Part shown: piece by piece, positions 1 to 9,483 of the stretch
Position numbering within the stretch: position 1 is the stretch's first letter
How the letters are laid out: each line of letters opens with the position of its first letter
NCBI GenBank assembly: GCA_040218735.1
Contig: JAVJQW010000011.1
Span: 320,001 to 384,000, forward strand
DNA from: Deltaproteobacteria bacterium
GTDB lineage: Bacteria; Myxococcota; Kuafuiibacteriia; Kuafuiibacteriales; Kuafuiibacteriaceae
Direction: 5' to 3'
Length of the DNA stretch: 64,000 nt
Notes under the pieces: model-generated
Seen by the model: the letters and a program-made list of their open reading frames with translations, nothing else
What the model was told of the DNA's origin: nothing
The model's database searches: none
Made by a program: the position numbers and the translations under genes

Positions 1-146
1 CGAGCGCCCTCGACCCCGACGCCGAAGCCGCCCTGGAGGCACTCCTCGACGCCGACCGTGACCGACGCCAATCGAGCACCGTCATCGTCACCCACCAGAC
101 CGCACAGGCCGAGCGCCTCGGCGCCGCGCGGGTGGAGGTCGCTTGA
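1..146 (+). CDS. fetA: ABC transporter ATP-binding subunit, C-terminal fragment (FetA/YbbL-like), truncated by window start
   Basis: Frame from nt 3 reads SALDPDAEAALEALL...TVIVTHQTAQAERL (ABC D-loop SALD and H-switch VTH); stop TGA 144-146 overlaps the TTG start of the permease. Confidence 0.75.
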   Translation, partial: SALDPDAEAALEALLDADRDRRQSSTVIVTHQTAQAERLGAARVEVA

Positions 147-943
147 GCCAGACCATCGCGCTGACCCCCGTCGACCTCGTGATCGCGACGGCGCTCGTCT
201 TCGTCGCCGGGGCGGTGAGCGTCCTGTTGCGGCTCGGCCTCGAACGCCGCCTCGCGGTCGCCTCCGTCCGCACCCTCGTTCAGCTCGGGCTCCTCGGTTA
301 CGTGCTGCGTTGGGTCTTCGGCCACGACACGCCGTGGCCGGTGCTGGTGTGGATCGCGGTGATGATCGCGGCGGCGGGGCGCGCCGCGGTCGCGCGTTCG
401 TCGCGCAAGTACGGCCACGTCCACCTGGACGCGTTCCTCACGCTCGCGCTGACCAGCCTCGCGACGACGTTCACGGTGACCGGCGCGGTCGTCGGCGTTC
501 AGCCCTGGTATCAGGCGCAGTACGTCATCCCGCTCCTCGGGATGGTGCTCGGGAACTCACTCACCGGGATCTCGCTCGCGCTCGACCACCTGCTGGAGTC
601 GCTCGACGCGAAGCGGGAGTTGATCGAAGCGCACCTCGCGCTCGGCGCGACGCGCTGGGAGGCGGCGCGCGAGCCGCTCGCGGAGGCGGTGCGGCGCGGG
701 ATGATTCCGATCATCAACTCGATGTCGGTGGTGGGGCTGGTGTCGTTGCCCGGGATGATGACGGGGCAGATCCTCTCGGGCGAGGACCCGGTCGACGCGG
801 TCAAGTATCAGCTCGTGGTGATGTTCATGCTCGCGGCGTCGACGTCACTCGGGTGCATCGTGATCGCGCTGCTCGCGTACCGACGCCTCTTCGACGCGGC
901 GCACCGGCTCCGCGCGGATCACATCAACGCTGCTTCTTCTTGA
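143..943 (+). CDS. fetB: ABC transporter permease, FetB/YbbM (UPF0014) family, putative iron export
   Basis: 266 aa, multi-TM; family motifs RTLVQLGLLGYVL, QYVIPLLGMVLGNS, LALGATRWEA, VGLVSLPGMMTGQILSG. Confidence 0.88.
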   Translation: MSQTIALTPVDLVIATALVFVAGAVSVLLRLGLERRLAVASVRTLVQLGLLGYVLRWVFGHDTPWPVLVWIAVMIAAAGRAAVARSSRKYGHVHLDAFLTLALTSLATTFTVTGAVVGVQPWYQAQYVIPLLGMVLGNSLTGISLALDHLLESLDAKRELIEAHLALGATRWEAAREPLAEAVRRGMIPIINSMSVVGLVSLPGMMTGQILSGEDPVDAVKYQLVVMFMLAASTSLGCIVIALLAYRRLFDAAHRLRADHINAASS

Positions 944-1325
944 GGGCCTCGAGCTGCTCGCGCACGGCGCGTTCCTTCGCCTCCGCTTCGGAAGCGATGC
1001 GCCGCGACTCGCTCTTCTCCTCGTAGGAGGAGCGCAGCGCGCGGATCTTGTTGCGCGCCAGGTAGTACGCACCGCCGCCGAGCCCCGCGATGAAGACGAG
1101 CCCGAGCAGCCAGCGGAAGAGGTCGGCGAACAGACCCGACAGGAACAGCAGCCCGAACACCGACACGATCACCACGACGACCGCGCCGATCTTCATCAGG
1201 CGCTGCTTGCGCTTCCGCTCGGCCTCGGCGCGCTCGGGGTCAGTGAGCTGCTCGATACCGCGCTCGACGACCTCCGCGCCGAGTCGCGCGCCCGCCCCGC
1301 GGAAGATGGCGTCGAAGAGGCTCAC
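924..1325 (-). CDS. Small membrane protein (2 TM plus C-terminal coiled coil), last gene of the macroglobulin operon
   Basis: 133 aa; ATGA overlap with upstream gene at 1322-1325; two hydrophobic helices followed by charged helix. Confidence 0.7.
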   Translation of the reverse strand: MSLFDAIFRGAGARLGAEVVERGIEQLTDPERAEAERKRKQRLMKIGAVVVVIVSVFGLLFLSGLFADLFRWLLGLVFIAGLGGGAYYLARNKIRALRSSYEEKSESRRIASEAEAKERAVREQLEALKKKQR

Positions 1326-2749
1326 CCGTCGTCCAGCGTACCACGCTCCACGCGGAGCCGATCGCCGTCCACCACGCCCGGACCGTTCACGGTGGGGCCT
1401 CCCAGGCAGAGCCAGCGCGCGTTCGGTACGTGGCGTCCGACGACGAGCCGCTTCCCGACCGACACCTCGATGCCGTCCAGCTCGCAGCCCGGGCGGAAGT
1501 GCCCGCGTTCGACGTCGAAGCCGCGCGGCTTCAGCCCACGCACGAGGGTGTCGAGCTGCGGCGCAAACGTGCTCGGCGCGCGCCCCTCGCGCGCCATGAC
1601 GACCACGAAGTCATCATCGACGAAGACAATCCAGCCGACGCGAGGGCGCGAATCCGCGTCGCGCACGGTGCCGGTCTTGGTCGCGCCTTCCACGGTGAGG
1701 CCGGCCGCCGCGAGTGTGCCCTCCGTGCGGTTGGCGCGGAGCATCTTCATCAACGACGGCTCCGCCTCCGCGAGGACGCGGTAGGCCTGCGCGAGCTCGA
1801 AGGCCGACAGCTGAAGTCGCGACGCCAGGCCGATCGCCTCCGCGACGACCCGCGGGCGCACGTCGAATCGATCGAAGAGCGGCTGGTACGGACCGAATGT
1901 CGCGGGCGGCGCCCAGTCGAGGAAGTAGCCATTGCACGAGGCCAGTAACGCGTCGCGCGTCTTCATCCGCTGCGTGCGCGCGCCGCACTTCCACATCGCC
2001 GTGTCCCCCACCGGCAGGTCGGGGCCCGGACCGTGCGCCGCGACGACGAACGGCTTGAGCGTGGAGCCGAACGGCATCTTCAGCGCGGGCGCACCGCTGT
2101 GCGCGATCACCGCGCCGGAGTGTCGCGAGAGCACGACGTCGGCGTCGGCGAACACCGCCGGCACCTGGCGCGTCAGCGCCGTGACGGTGAGGAGCGCACG
2201 CCCCCCGTCCTTGCACTGCCTCATACGCTCGACGAGCGTCCGCTCCGCTTCCGCTTCCGCGAGGAGCCGCGCGATCGCCGCGCGCGCCGACGGGCGATCG
2301 TCGATCCCCTTCGCGAGCCGCGTACGCGCCTCCTGCAGCGTGATGTGTTTCGTGAGCCAGTTCGTCAGCTCGCCGCTCGTCCAGATCGCAAACGCCTCGT
2401 GGAAGAGCCGATCGTTCGCCGCCGCCGGGCACGCCGCAAGCAGGAGCTGATGCGCCAGCTCGTGCTTGAGCGCGAGGCGCTGCCGACGCGTGAACACGTC
2501 ACGGCTCGGCCGTAGCTGCACCACGCCCGGCGCGCTGCGCCCGTTCACCCCCGGCGAGAAGTCGCGCCGCGCACGCACCGCGATGTGCTCGGGGCCGGCG
2601 ACGTCGTCTCCAGTGTTCTTCTTCCACAGGCGCGTGAGCGCCGCCCAGTGCCGCTCAGCCTCGCGCTCCACGTCCGCCGTCGTACCCACGTCCGGGTCGA
2701 CGGAGAACGACGGCGCCGCCGCCAGCAGCGCGAGGACGACGACCGACAC
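1322..2749 (-). CDS. YfaQ-position secreted protein: N-terminal HEXXH zinc-peptidase-like domain plus penicillin-binding/transpeptidase-like domain
   Basis: Signal peptide; HELAH...FHEAFA; GSTLKPF (SxxK), SCN (SxN), KTGT; directly downstream of the macroglobulin gene as for yfaQ. Confidence 0.72.
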   Translation of the reverse strand: MSVVVLALLAAAPSFSVDPDVGTTADVEREAERHWAALTRLWKKNTGDDVAGPEHIAVRARRDFSPGVNGRSAPGVVQLRPSRDVFTRRQRLALKHELAHQLLLAACPAAANDRLFHEAFAIWTSGELTNWLTKHITLQEARTRLAKGIDDRPSARAAIARLLAEAEAERTLVERMRQCKDGGRALLTVTALTRQVPAVFADADVVLSRHSGAVIAHSGAPALKMPFGSTLKPFVVAAHGPGPDLPVGDTAMWKCGARTQRMKTRDALLASCNGYFLDWAPPATFGPYQPLFDRFDVRPRVVAEAIGLASRLQLSAFELAQAYRVLAEAEPSLMKMLRANRTEGTLAAAGLTVEGATKTGTVRDADSRPRVGWIVFVDDDFVVVMAREGRAPSTFAPQLDTLVRGLKPRGFDVERGHFRPGCELDGIEVSVGKRLVVGRHVPNARWLCLGGPTVNGPGVVDGDRLRVERGTLDDG

Positions 2750-2750
2750 G

Positions 2751-5700
2751 TCATTCGCCTCGCGGCTTCACCTGCAACGAAGCGCCGGCGGAGCGCCCCT
2801 GGATCGCCGGGCCGTACATGTCCTCGATCGCCGCCGGAGGCGCGACGAAGGTGCCGGCGAACTGCGCCCGCATCACGTAGCCGATCGTGCGCGTGGAGCG
2901 GCTCCACCAGGTGGGCTCGTCGAAGAACCATGTCGCCCGCTCGGGCGAGAAGGTCCGACGCCGTAACGACTCGTGGTCGAGCGGCAACGCGTACGGCGCG
3001 CCGCGGTACGCCTTGTCCTCCTGGAGCACGACGAACCCCGCAGGCACGTCGTCGGTCACGACGTAGTACGCAGACCGCCGACCGCGCAGCGACTCGTCGC
3101 CCTGGGCGTCGAAGCTCAACTCCACGTAGACCTCGTCGCCCACCGTGACCTCGCCGCCGCTGGAAATCGGCGTCCGCGATCCGTCCGGCCCGATCGCGAA
3201 GTACTTCTTGGTGATCGACATCCCGTTGGACGTCGCCTTCGCCGAAGCGCCGGGCACCGACACCTTCGCGGTCAGCCGCGCCACGCCGTCGAAGTCGCCG
3301 ATCACCACGCGTCGCGCGGCGGCGTCGAGGCCATGCACACTCCCGAGCCCGCGCGACACCGCCGCCGCGACCTCGCCGTTGTCCACGGTGACCTTCGGCA
3401 GCTTCGACTTCGCCGCGCCGGCCTCCATCTTCAGGAGCCACTGGCTGTGCAGCAGGAACGTGCTGCGGTCGAACGTCGCCGCCCCGAGGCTCCGCGCGAC
3501 GGCCCCCCGCATCCGCTCACGGATGGTCTCGGGCGCCGCACCACCCACGAATGCGGCGTGACCGAGGAGCGCGCCGAGGCCGACGTCGCGCATCGGGAAG
3601 CGCCAGTACGCCGCCCCGTCGAACCGCTCCGACTCCAGCGTCGTCAACGCCTCCAGCGACTTCGTCGCGAGCGCGGCGACCGCGTCCTTCGCTTCTTTGT
3701 CGACGCCCGTCGCGTGCGCGGCGAGCACCGTCAGCGCGTCGACGTGGTGCGAGCCGCTCGGCCCCGCCTCCAGCTGCTGCCGCACGCGCGGCGCGTAACG
3801 TTTGCCGCCCCACCGCGCGAGCACGTAGGTCTGCATCGCGGCGAGCTCGGGCGACTCGACGGTCTGCGACTCCAACCACCGCAGCGACTTCGTCACACCG
3901 GGCTCCGCGGTGCGCACCAGGCCGGCGGTGCGCGCGTACGCGAGCCCGTCGAGCGCGATGAGCGTCAGCTCCACCGAAGGCGTGTCGTAGCCGTTGAACC
4001 ACGTGAAGCCGCCGGTCGGCAGCGCGAGGTCGAGGATCTGCGCGACGCCGCGCACCGCGCGCGAGCGTGCCTCCGAGAGCAGCGCGCGCGTCGCGGGGTC
4101 GAGCGTCGACATCGCGTCGGCGGTCTCGAGCGTCTGGTAGACCGCGACGTTCGGGATGGTCGTCGCGACGCGCTGCTCGAGGCAGCCGTAAGGATAGGCG
4201 AGCAACGAGCGCAGGTTCGCGAGCGCCACCGCGACGCTGGTCGGGAGCAACTCGAGCTCCACGGCCTCCACCGTCGCGCCCTCGTCGGGCGACAGCAGAA
4301 GGTCGCCGCCGCCGAAGCGCTCGGCGCTCTCGGTGCGGGTCACCGTCGAGCGTCGCACCGGCACCTGCTTTCGATCGCTCACGTCGAGCTCGTCGCCGCG
4401 CACCTTCGTTTCGACGCGGACGACACCGAGGCCCGTGGACGCCAACGGGATCGGCGTAACGACCTCGGTGGTGTCCGCGAGAGAGATCTTCGGCGTGCCC
4501 TGCTCCGCCTTCGCGGCGCCCTGCGTCGACCACACGACGTCGAGGCTTCCGACCTTCGCCTTGTCCCCCTTCGCGACGCGCACGGAGCCCGTTGCGACAT
4601 CGCCCTCACGGAGGAACTGCGGCACGGAGGTCACCACGGACACACGACCGCGTGTCGCGAACTCGGAGGTCGACTCCCCGAAGCGCCCCGAGTCGTCCGC
4701 GGCCACAGCGGTGATCGTCCAGAGCGTCTGGTTGCCGGGCAGCCTGAAGCGCACCGTCGCGCGCCCGTCCGGCCCGGTGCGGACGGACGGGTTCCAGTAG
4801 GCGGTGTCCTCCTTCTCCTCCATCGTCGGCGGCTTGATGGAAGCAAACGTGTGCGACGCAAAGCCGTTGAGCATCGCGATGCGCTCGCCGTAGCCGTACC
4901 CCGCGAAGTCGAGCGAATAGAAGCTCGTCACGTTGTTGCGGACGATCGGGTAGAAGAACTCCAGGACGTTCGGACGGAACTCGCGCTGCAGCGCGTAGAT
5001 CGCCTTGTCGACCACGCCGACCGAGACCGACGACTCGACGCCGCGCCCCTCGTGGTCCGTCACGACGATCTCCACCGACTGCTGCGACAACGGCTGCGCC
5101 TCGCGTTTCATCGCCTCGATCGTCACGCGTAGCGCCCGCTCCTTCGGGACGATCGTGAACGGAACGATCCGCTCCTCCCACCGCCCCGAGCGCGACGGGT
5201 ACGCGACGGACGCATAGACCGCGCTGCCGAAGCGCGCCTCGATCGGGAACGCGTACACCAGCGTGCGCCCTTCGAACTCGACCATCTTCGACTCGAAGAT
5301 CTTCGTGCCCTGCAGCGTGAGCCACACGAACCCGCGGTTGTTCCCGCCCGGGCCCCAGTCGTTCGGGAGCAGCGCCACGACCTCGGCCGTGTCGCCGAGC
5401 TCCATCGTCCCGCCGAGGCTCTCGGTGGTGAGCACCGGCACCTGGACGATCGGCTCGCCGTCGCGCCCCGCGACGAGGATCGACGTCGAGCCCTTCCAGG
5501 TGTGTGCGTCGGCGTCGTCGAGCTCGACCTCCGCGAGCAGCCGCCCCACGCCCGACTTCGGATATTTGCCGCGCCACACGCCGTCGAGGTCGGTGGTGAA
5601 GGTCGCCTTGCCGACCTCCTCCCGCGCGCCGTCCGCCTTCTCGAGGACAAACGTCACGCGCCCCGACGCGGACGCGTAGACCTTGCCGCTCGGCGTCGTG

Positions 5701-7424
5701 GAGCGTACCGCGACCTGCGCGTCACCGCCCGTGATGATCACCGTGGTGTTCGACCGCAGCGTCCCGAGCACCTCGGTCGGGGAGAAGAAGAACGGCCGAC
5801 TCTTCGACGCCGACGAGTCCTGGTCGTCGAGCGCCTTCACGGCCAACACGTAGCGGAACGGCTGCCCCGCCTCGTCCGGCGCGAGCGCCGGGACGGGGAT
5901 CTCGATCGTCGCTTCGCCGTTGGCGTCGAACGTCGGCGCGGTCGACCAGCTGTCATACGAAGCGCCGCGCGCGTCCGCCGACGAGTAGATGCGCTCCGGG
6001 ATCGACAGGGACCCCTCCGTCGTCGACACACTGCCGTACGTCACCGCGCTCCCCTCCGCGCCGAGGCCCGCGTCGTCGACCCAGGCGGGGGTGTCGAGGA
6101 TCGTCCGCGACAACGTGAAGTCGTACTTGGTGTTCTTCGGCGCGCCGCCCGCGTAGCGCCGCGCGCGAATCGTGGCGCGGATGGTCTCGCCCGGCCGCAC
6201 CGTCTCGCGGTCCGAGCGCACCTCCAGGTAGAACGTCGGCTTCACGTAGTCCTGGATGCGCGCCTCCGCCTGGTACGGGCGGTCGTCGACGGACGCCACG
6301 AACGTGAGCACCCCGGTGTCCTTGCCCGGCGCCTTGATCGTCCCCTCGAACGTGCCGTACGCATCGACGACCGCGGTCGTGGAAGCCGACGCCCCGTCCT
6401 GGCTCGAAACCGTGACCTTCACCCGCCGATTCCTCGGCGCGAACAGCCGCGACAGGAACGAGTCCGGCTGCCGCAGAATCCCGCGGAACGACGCCGTGTG
6501 TCCGGGTTTGTAGATCGGCCGGTCCGTGTAGATGAAGACGTCGGGGCTGATCGCGAGCGTCGAGTAGAAGTCGGTGTCGACAACCGCGAGGTCGTCACCG
6601 ACCTTCGCCAGCGCCACCAGCTTCGGCTCGGTGGTCTCGAGCGTGACCTCGCCGCGTTGGTTCGTCGTCCCGGTCGGGCCGGCGCCCGCGGCGGAGAACA
6701 GGCTCACCTCGGCGCCCGGGCGCGGCTTCTGATCGCGCCCCGCGACGCGCACGAGCACGGAGCCGTCGGTCTGCTTCACCTGCACCGAAAGGTCGCTCAC
6801 GACGACGAGGACCTGCCCCTCGATGTGCCCCTGGACGAGCTGCAGCACGTACAGGCCCGGCTTCATCTGGCCGAGCGTGACCTTGCGCTGCTGGAACCCG
6901 CCGCGCGAGCCCCACCCTTCGAAGCCGGGCACCGAGAACTCGAGCTCCGCGCCGCCGAGCTCCAGGTTCAGCCAACGACGATCGACGAGCTCGGTGTTCG
7001 ACGGGATGTCGACCAGGTGCTTCGGCCCGGAGTCGAGCCGCGCGCCGGTGCGGGAGACGGGCGCGCGCTCCGGCATGTCGACCGCGAGGGCACGACGAAG
7101 CTCGGGGTCGATCGTGGACAACAGATCGCCGCCGGGAGATCGCAGCGCGTTGAGCCCGCGCGAGAGGTAACGCCCCGTGTTGATCTGCAGGGACGGCGCC
7201 TCGTACGCGCGCCGCAAGTTGGCTTGCGCCTGCACGAACTTCTCGACGTTCTTCGGTCTCAGCACCCGCAGCTCGACCGGTGGGTTCCGCGTCTGGAACG
7301 CGATGTCGACGACGACCGGCTCGTCGGTGCCGTACGCACGCGGCACCGTGATGTAGAGCGGCTTCGCGACCGCTTCGTTCGCCGTCAGGAGGGCAAGGAG
7401 CGTGAAGAGGATCGAGCGCTTCAT
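2751..7424 (-). CDS. yfaS: Bacterial alpha-2-macroglobulin (YfaS/MagD-type operon context) with thioester motif
   Basis: 1557 aa; FIYTDRPIYKPG (MG2), DTAYWNPSVRTGPDGRATVRFRLPGNQTLW, YPYGCLEQ, C-terminal YVMRAQFAGTFVAPPAAIEDMY. Confidence 0.93.
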   Translation of the reverse strand: MKRSILFTLLALLTANEAVAKPLYITVPRAYGTDEPVVVDIAFQTRNPPVELRVLRPKNVEKFVQAQANLRRAYEAPSLQINTGRYLSRGLNALRSPGGDLLSTIDPELRRALAVDMPERAPVSRTGARLDSGPKHLVDIPSNTELVDRRWLNLELGGAELEFSVPGFEGWGSRGGFQQRKVTLGQMKPGLYVLQLVQGHIEGQVLVVVSDLSVQVKQTDGSVLVRVAGRDQKPRPGAEVSLFSAAGAGPTGTTNQRGEVTLETTEPKLVALAKVGDDLAVVDTDFYSTLAISPDVFIYTDRPIYKPGHTASFRGILRQPDSFLSRLFAPRNRRVKVTVSSQDGASASTTAVVDAYGTFEGTIKAPGKDTGVLTFVASVDDRPYQAEARIQDYVKPTFYLEVRSDRETVRPGETIRATIRARRYAGGAPKNTKYDFTLSRTILDTPAWVDDAGLGAEGSAVTYGSVSTTEGSLSIPERIYSSADARGASYDSWSTAPTFDANGEATIEIPVPALAPDEAGQPFRYVLAVKALDDQDSSASKSRPFFFSPTEVLGTLRSNTTVIITGGDAQVAVRSTTPSGKVYASASGRVTFVLEKADGAREEVGKATFTTDLDGVWRGKYPKSGVGRLLAEVELDDADAHTWKGSTSILVAGRDGEPIVQVPVLTTESLGGTMELGDTAEVVALLPNDWGPGGNNRGFVWLTLQGTKIFESKMVEFEGRTLVYAFPIEARFGSAVYASVAYPSRSGRWEERIVPFTIVPKERALRVTIEAMKREAQPLSQQSVEIVVTDHEGRGVESSVSVGVVDKAIYALQREFRPNVLEFFYPIVRNNVTSFYSLDFAGYGYGERIAMLNGFASHTFASIKPPTMEEKEDTAYWNPSVRTGPDGRATVRFRLPGNQTLWTITAVAADDSGRFGESTSEFATRGRVSVVTSVPQFLREGDVATGSVRVAKGDKAKVGSLDVVWSTQGAAKAEQGTPKISLADTTEVVTPIPLASTGLGVVRVETKVRGDELDVSDRKQVPVRRSTVTRTESAERFGGGDLLLSPDEGATVEAVELELLPTSVAVALANLRSLLAYPYGCLEQRVATTIPNVAVYQTLETADAMSTLDPATRALLSEARSRAVRGVAQILDLALPTGGFTWFNGYDTPSVELTLIALDGLAYARTAGLVRTAEPGVTKSLRWLESQTVESPELAAMQTYVLARWGGKRYAPRVRQQLEAGPSGSHHVDALTVLAAHATGVDKEAKDAVAALATKSLEALTTLESERFDGAAYWRFPMRDVGLGALLGHAAFVGGAAPETIRERMRGAVARSLGAATFDRSTFLLHSQWLLKMEAGAAKSKLPKVTVDNGEVAAAVSRGLGSVHGLDAAARRVVIGDFDGVARLTAKVSVPGASAKATSNGMSITKKYFAIGPDGSRTPISSGGEVTVGDEVYVELSFDAQGDESLRGRRSAYYVVTDDVPAGFVVLQEDKAYRGAPYALPLDHESLRRRTFSPERATWFFDEPTWWSRSTRTIGYVMRAQFAGTFVAPPAAIEDMYGPAIQGRSAGASLQVKPRGE

Positions 7425-8944
7425 GAGCCGAACCCTCCCGGCACCAGGCGGTCACCTTGGACCGTCCCCGTGAAGCCGAAGTACGGCAGCCCCTCCAGCT
7501 TGCCGGCGGCGGCACCGACCTCCGCGGGGACGCCCACCTTCTTCTGCCGCTTCTGTTCCTGCATCCACGCGCCGAGGAACAGGTGTTTGGTCAGCCCCCC
7601 GAGGTCCACACCGAGCAGCACCGACGAGGAGGCCTCCAACCCCGCCTTCACCTGCGGTGACGCGTGCGCCAAGGACGGCCCCTTCTTCTTGCACGCCCCC
7701 TGCACCGCGCGCACGGCGTCGGCGGAGGCGGAGAGGACGAGGTGCCCGCAGACCTCTTCGATCGACATCCGGGCGGAGAAGATCGAGCGGAGCTGCTTCT
7801 TGTCCGCGGCGCGCGACCACACGATCGCGAGCTCGTCGGGTTCGTCGACGTGCGGCGTCCACAGGAACGCGACGGTGCGCGGCACGCTCCCCTTCACCGG
7901 CTCCCCTTTGAGCGCCTTCGCCAAGGCCGCCTTGTCGAGCGTGGGCGGCAGATCGATCGACACCGCCAACAGGACCGGCGTCTTCGCGGGGATGGCGTCG
8001 ATCATCGTCGCGGGGAGCTTCGCCGCGACCAACCGCGGGGACTTCACCCCGCCGCGGATGCCGCGCGGCACGACCCGATCACCCTCCAGCCCGAACACGA
8101 GCTTCGGCGCGCCGGTGACCCCGGCGAAGATCAGCAGGCTCTGCACGCCGCGATCGAACTTGTCGTTCGACACCGCGATCTCGAACGCCGCCCCCTCGGT
8201 GCGCTCCATCGGATCCACCTTCGCGCACAACCCGTGCAGCACCGCGTTCGGGTGCCGGCCCACGTAGATCGCGCCCTCGTGTTTCGTCGCGTACACCGCA
8301 CGGTCGGCGATCACGATGCGCGCGATGTTCACCGGCGCGCCCCCACCGCCCGGGCAGCTCGCGGCGGCGAACTGGCCACGCTGGGAGGTCGCCGCGAGCG
8401 CGTCGAGGAGCGCCTGCGCGGTGTCGTCGGCGTTCGGGATGACGATGACCGGCGTGGCGCGCCGGTAGTCGGCGCCGAGCCACAGGATGCGCGCGGGTTG
8501 GTCGAACACCTTCCCGATCGCGGTGTCGAGGAGCGTCCCGGAGAACGTGCTCCCGAGGTCCTCGCCACGTGCGCCGAAGAAGCCGGCCCACGCGCCGACG
8601 AAGCCGCGCCCCAGCGGTGTGTCCATCACTCCGGTGAACCACGCGTTGGTCCGCGCGGCCTGGATGATCTTCGCCGGCTCGAACAGATCGACGACGAGCG
8701 AGACCAGCAGCTGCGGCTCGGACGGGATCGTCATCTGGATCGGCTCCGTCGGGATCCCCGGGATGCCTTCGACCTTCACGCCGGTGGCGTCGACGTGCTC
8801 CGGCGGCGTCCACGGCGCCGGCTCGGTGCCGCCCGTGACGGGGTCCGTCGCGGGCTTCAGCGTCAGCGCGGCGACCGCGATCACCGCAATCACCGCGACG
8901 CCCGCGCCCGCGAGGACGAGGTTCTTCTTGTTCGGCCCGCTCAT
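7421..8944 (-). CDS. Membrane-anchored periplasmic protein, probable YfaA/DUF2138-position component of the macroglobulin operon
   Basis: N-terminal basic residues plus single TM (MSGPNKKNLVLAGAGVAVIAVIAVAAL); ATGA overlaps at both ends; family inferred from position only. Confidence 0.6.
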   Translation of the reverse strand: MSGPNKKNLVLAGAGVAVIAVIAVAALTLKPATDPVTGGTEPAPWTPPEHVDATGVKVEGIPGIPTEPIQMTIPSEPQLLVSLVVDLFEPAKIIQAARTNAWFTGVMDTPLGRGFVGAWAGFFGARGEDLGSTFSGTLLDTAIGKVFDQPARILWLGADYRRATPVIVIPNADDTAQALLDALAATSQRGQFAAASCPGGGGAPVNIARIVIADRAVYATKHEGAIYVGRHPNAVLHGLCAKVDPMERTEGAAFEIAVSNDKFDRGVQSLLIFAGVTGAPKLVFGLEGDRVVPRGIRGGVKSPRLVAAKLPATMIDAIPAKTPVLLAVSIDLPPTLDKAALAKALKGEPVKGSVPRTVAFLWTPHVDEPDELAIVWSRAADKKQLRSIFSARMSIEEVCGHLVLSASADAVRAVQGACKKKGPSLAHASPQVKAGLEASSSVLLGVDLGGLTKHLFLGAWMQEQKRQKKVGVPAEVGAAAGKLEGLPYFGFTGTVQGDRLVPGGFGS

Positions 8945-9483
8945 CGCGACCACTCCTCGAATCGGAAGAAACCCAGGAACGCGCCGTTACCGTCGACCGG
9001 GCGCCACTCTTGCGGCGCGCCGTCGACGAGCTCGGCGAGGCGGCCGACGCGAATCGCATCACCGCCGTCCCCGGGGTGGTAGACGACGAGCGTCTCCCCC
9101 GCCGCGGTGCCCTCCGTGCGCACCGCGAGCATCAGGTGATAGGTGCCGTCGCGCTGTCGGAACGCGACGAGGTCGCCGCTCTCGAGCGTGCGCGCGGCGG
9201 CGGCGTCGCGCCCCAGGCGGACGAAGCTGTTCGCGAGCAACGTCTCGGCGTCGGCGAAGGCGATGGGTCGATCGTCGAAGCCCTTCCACAGGCCGTGCTC
9301 GACGCGCTTCGGATCGAAGCGCAGGTACGCGGAGCGGTACACGAAGCGCACGAAACCCGCGCAGTCCCGTTGCGCGGGGTGCCACGCGGGATCGAGCTTC
9401 TTGGTCTGCGCGAGCGCGGTCTCGCTGACCACCGCGCGGAGCATCGGCGACGGCGTCGCCGCGAGCAGCAGCAGCGCGATCAC
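8941..9483 (-). CDS. yfaT: YfaT/DUF1175 family protein (NlpC/P60-like Cys-His motif)
   Basis: C-terminal part of track ORF 8941..10527; GTG start at 9483 overlaps upstream stop (GTGA); signal peptide; QRDCAGFVRFVY, GDLVAF, YHLML, W.P...N..FLGFFRF. Confidence 0.82.
   Translation of the reverse strand: MIALLLLAATPSPMLRAVVSETALAQTKKLDPAWHPAQRDCAGFVRFVYRSAYLRFDPKRVEHGLWKGFDDRPIAFADAETLLANSFVRLGRDAAAARTLESGDLVAFRQRDGTYHLMLAVRTEGTAAGETLVVYHPGDGGDAIRVGRLAELVDGAPQEWRPVDGNGAFLGFFRFEEWSR

Noticed and set aside
2973-8267. 719-aa and 921-aa plus-strand ORFs
   Set aside because: Shadows of the macroglobulin operon on the opposite strand
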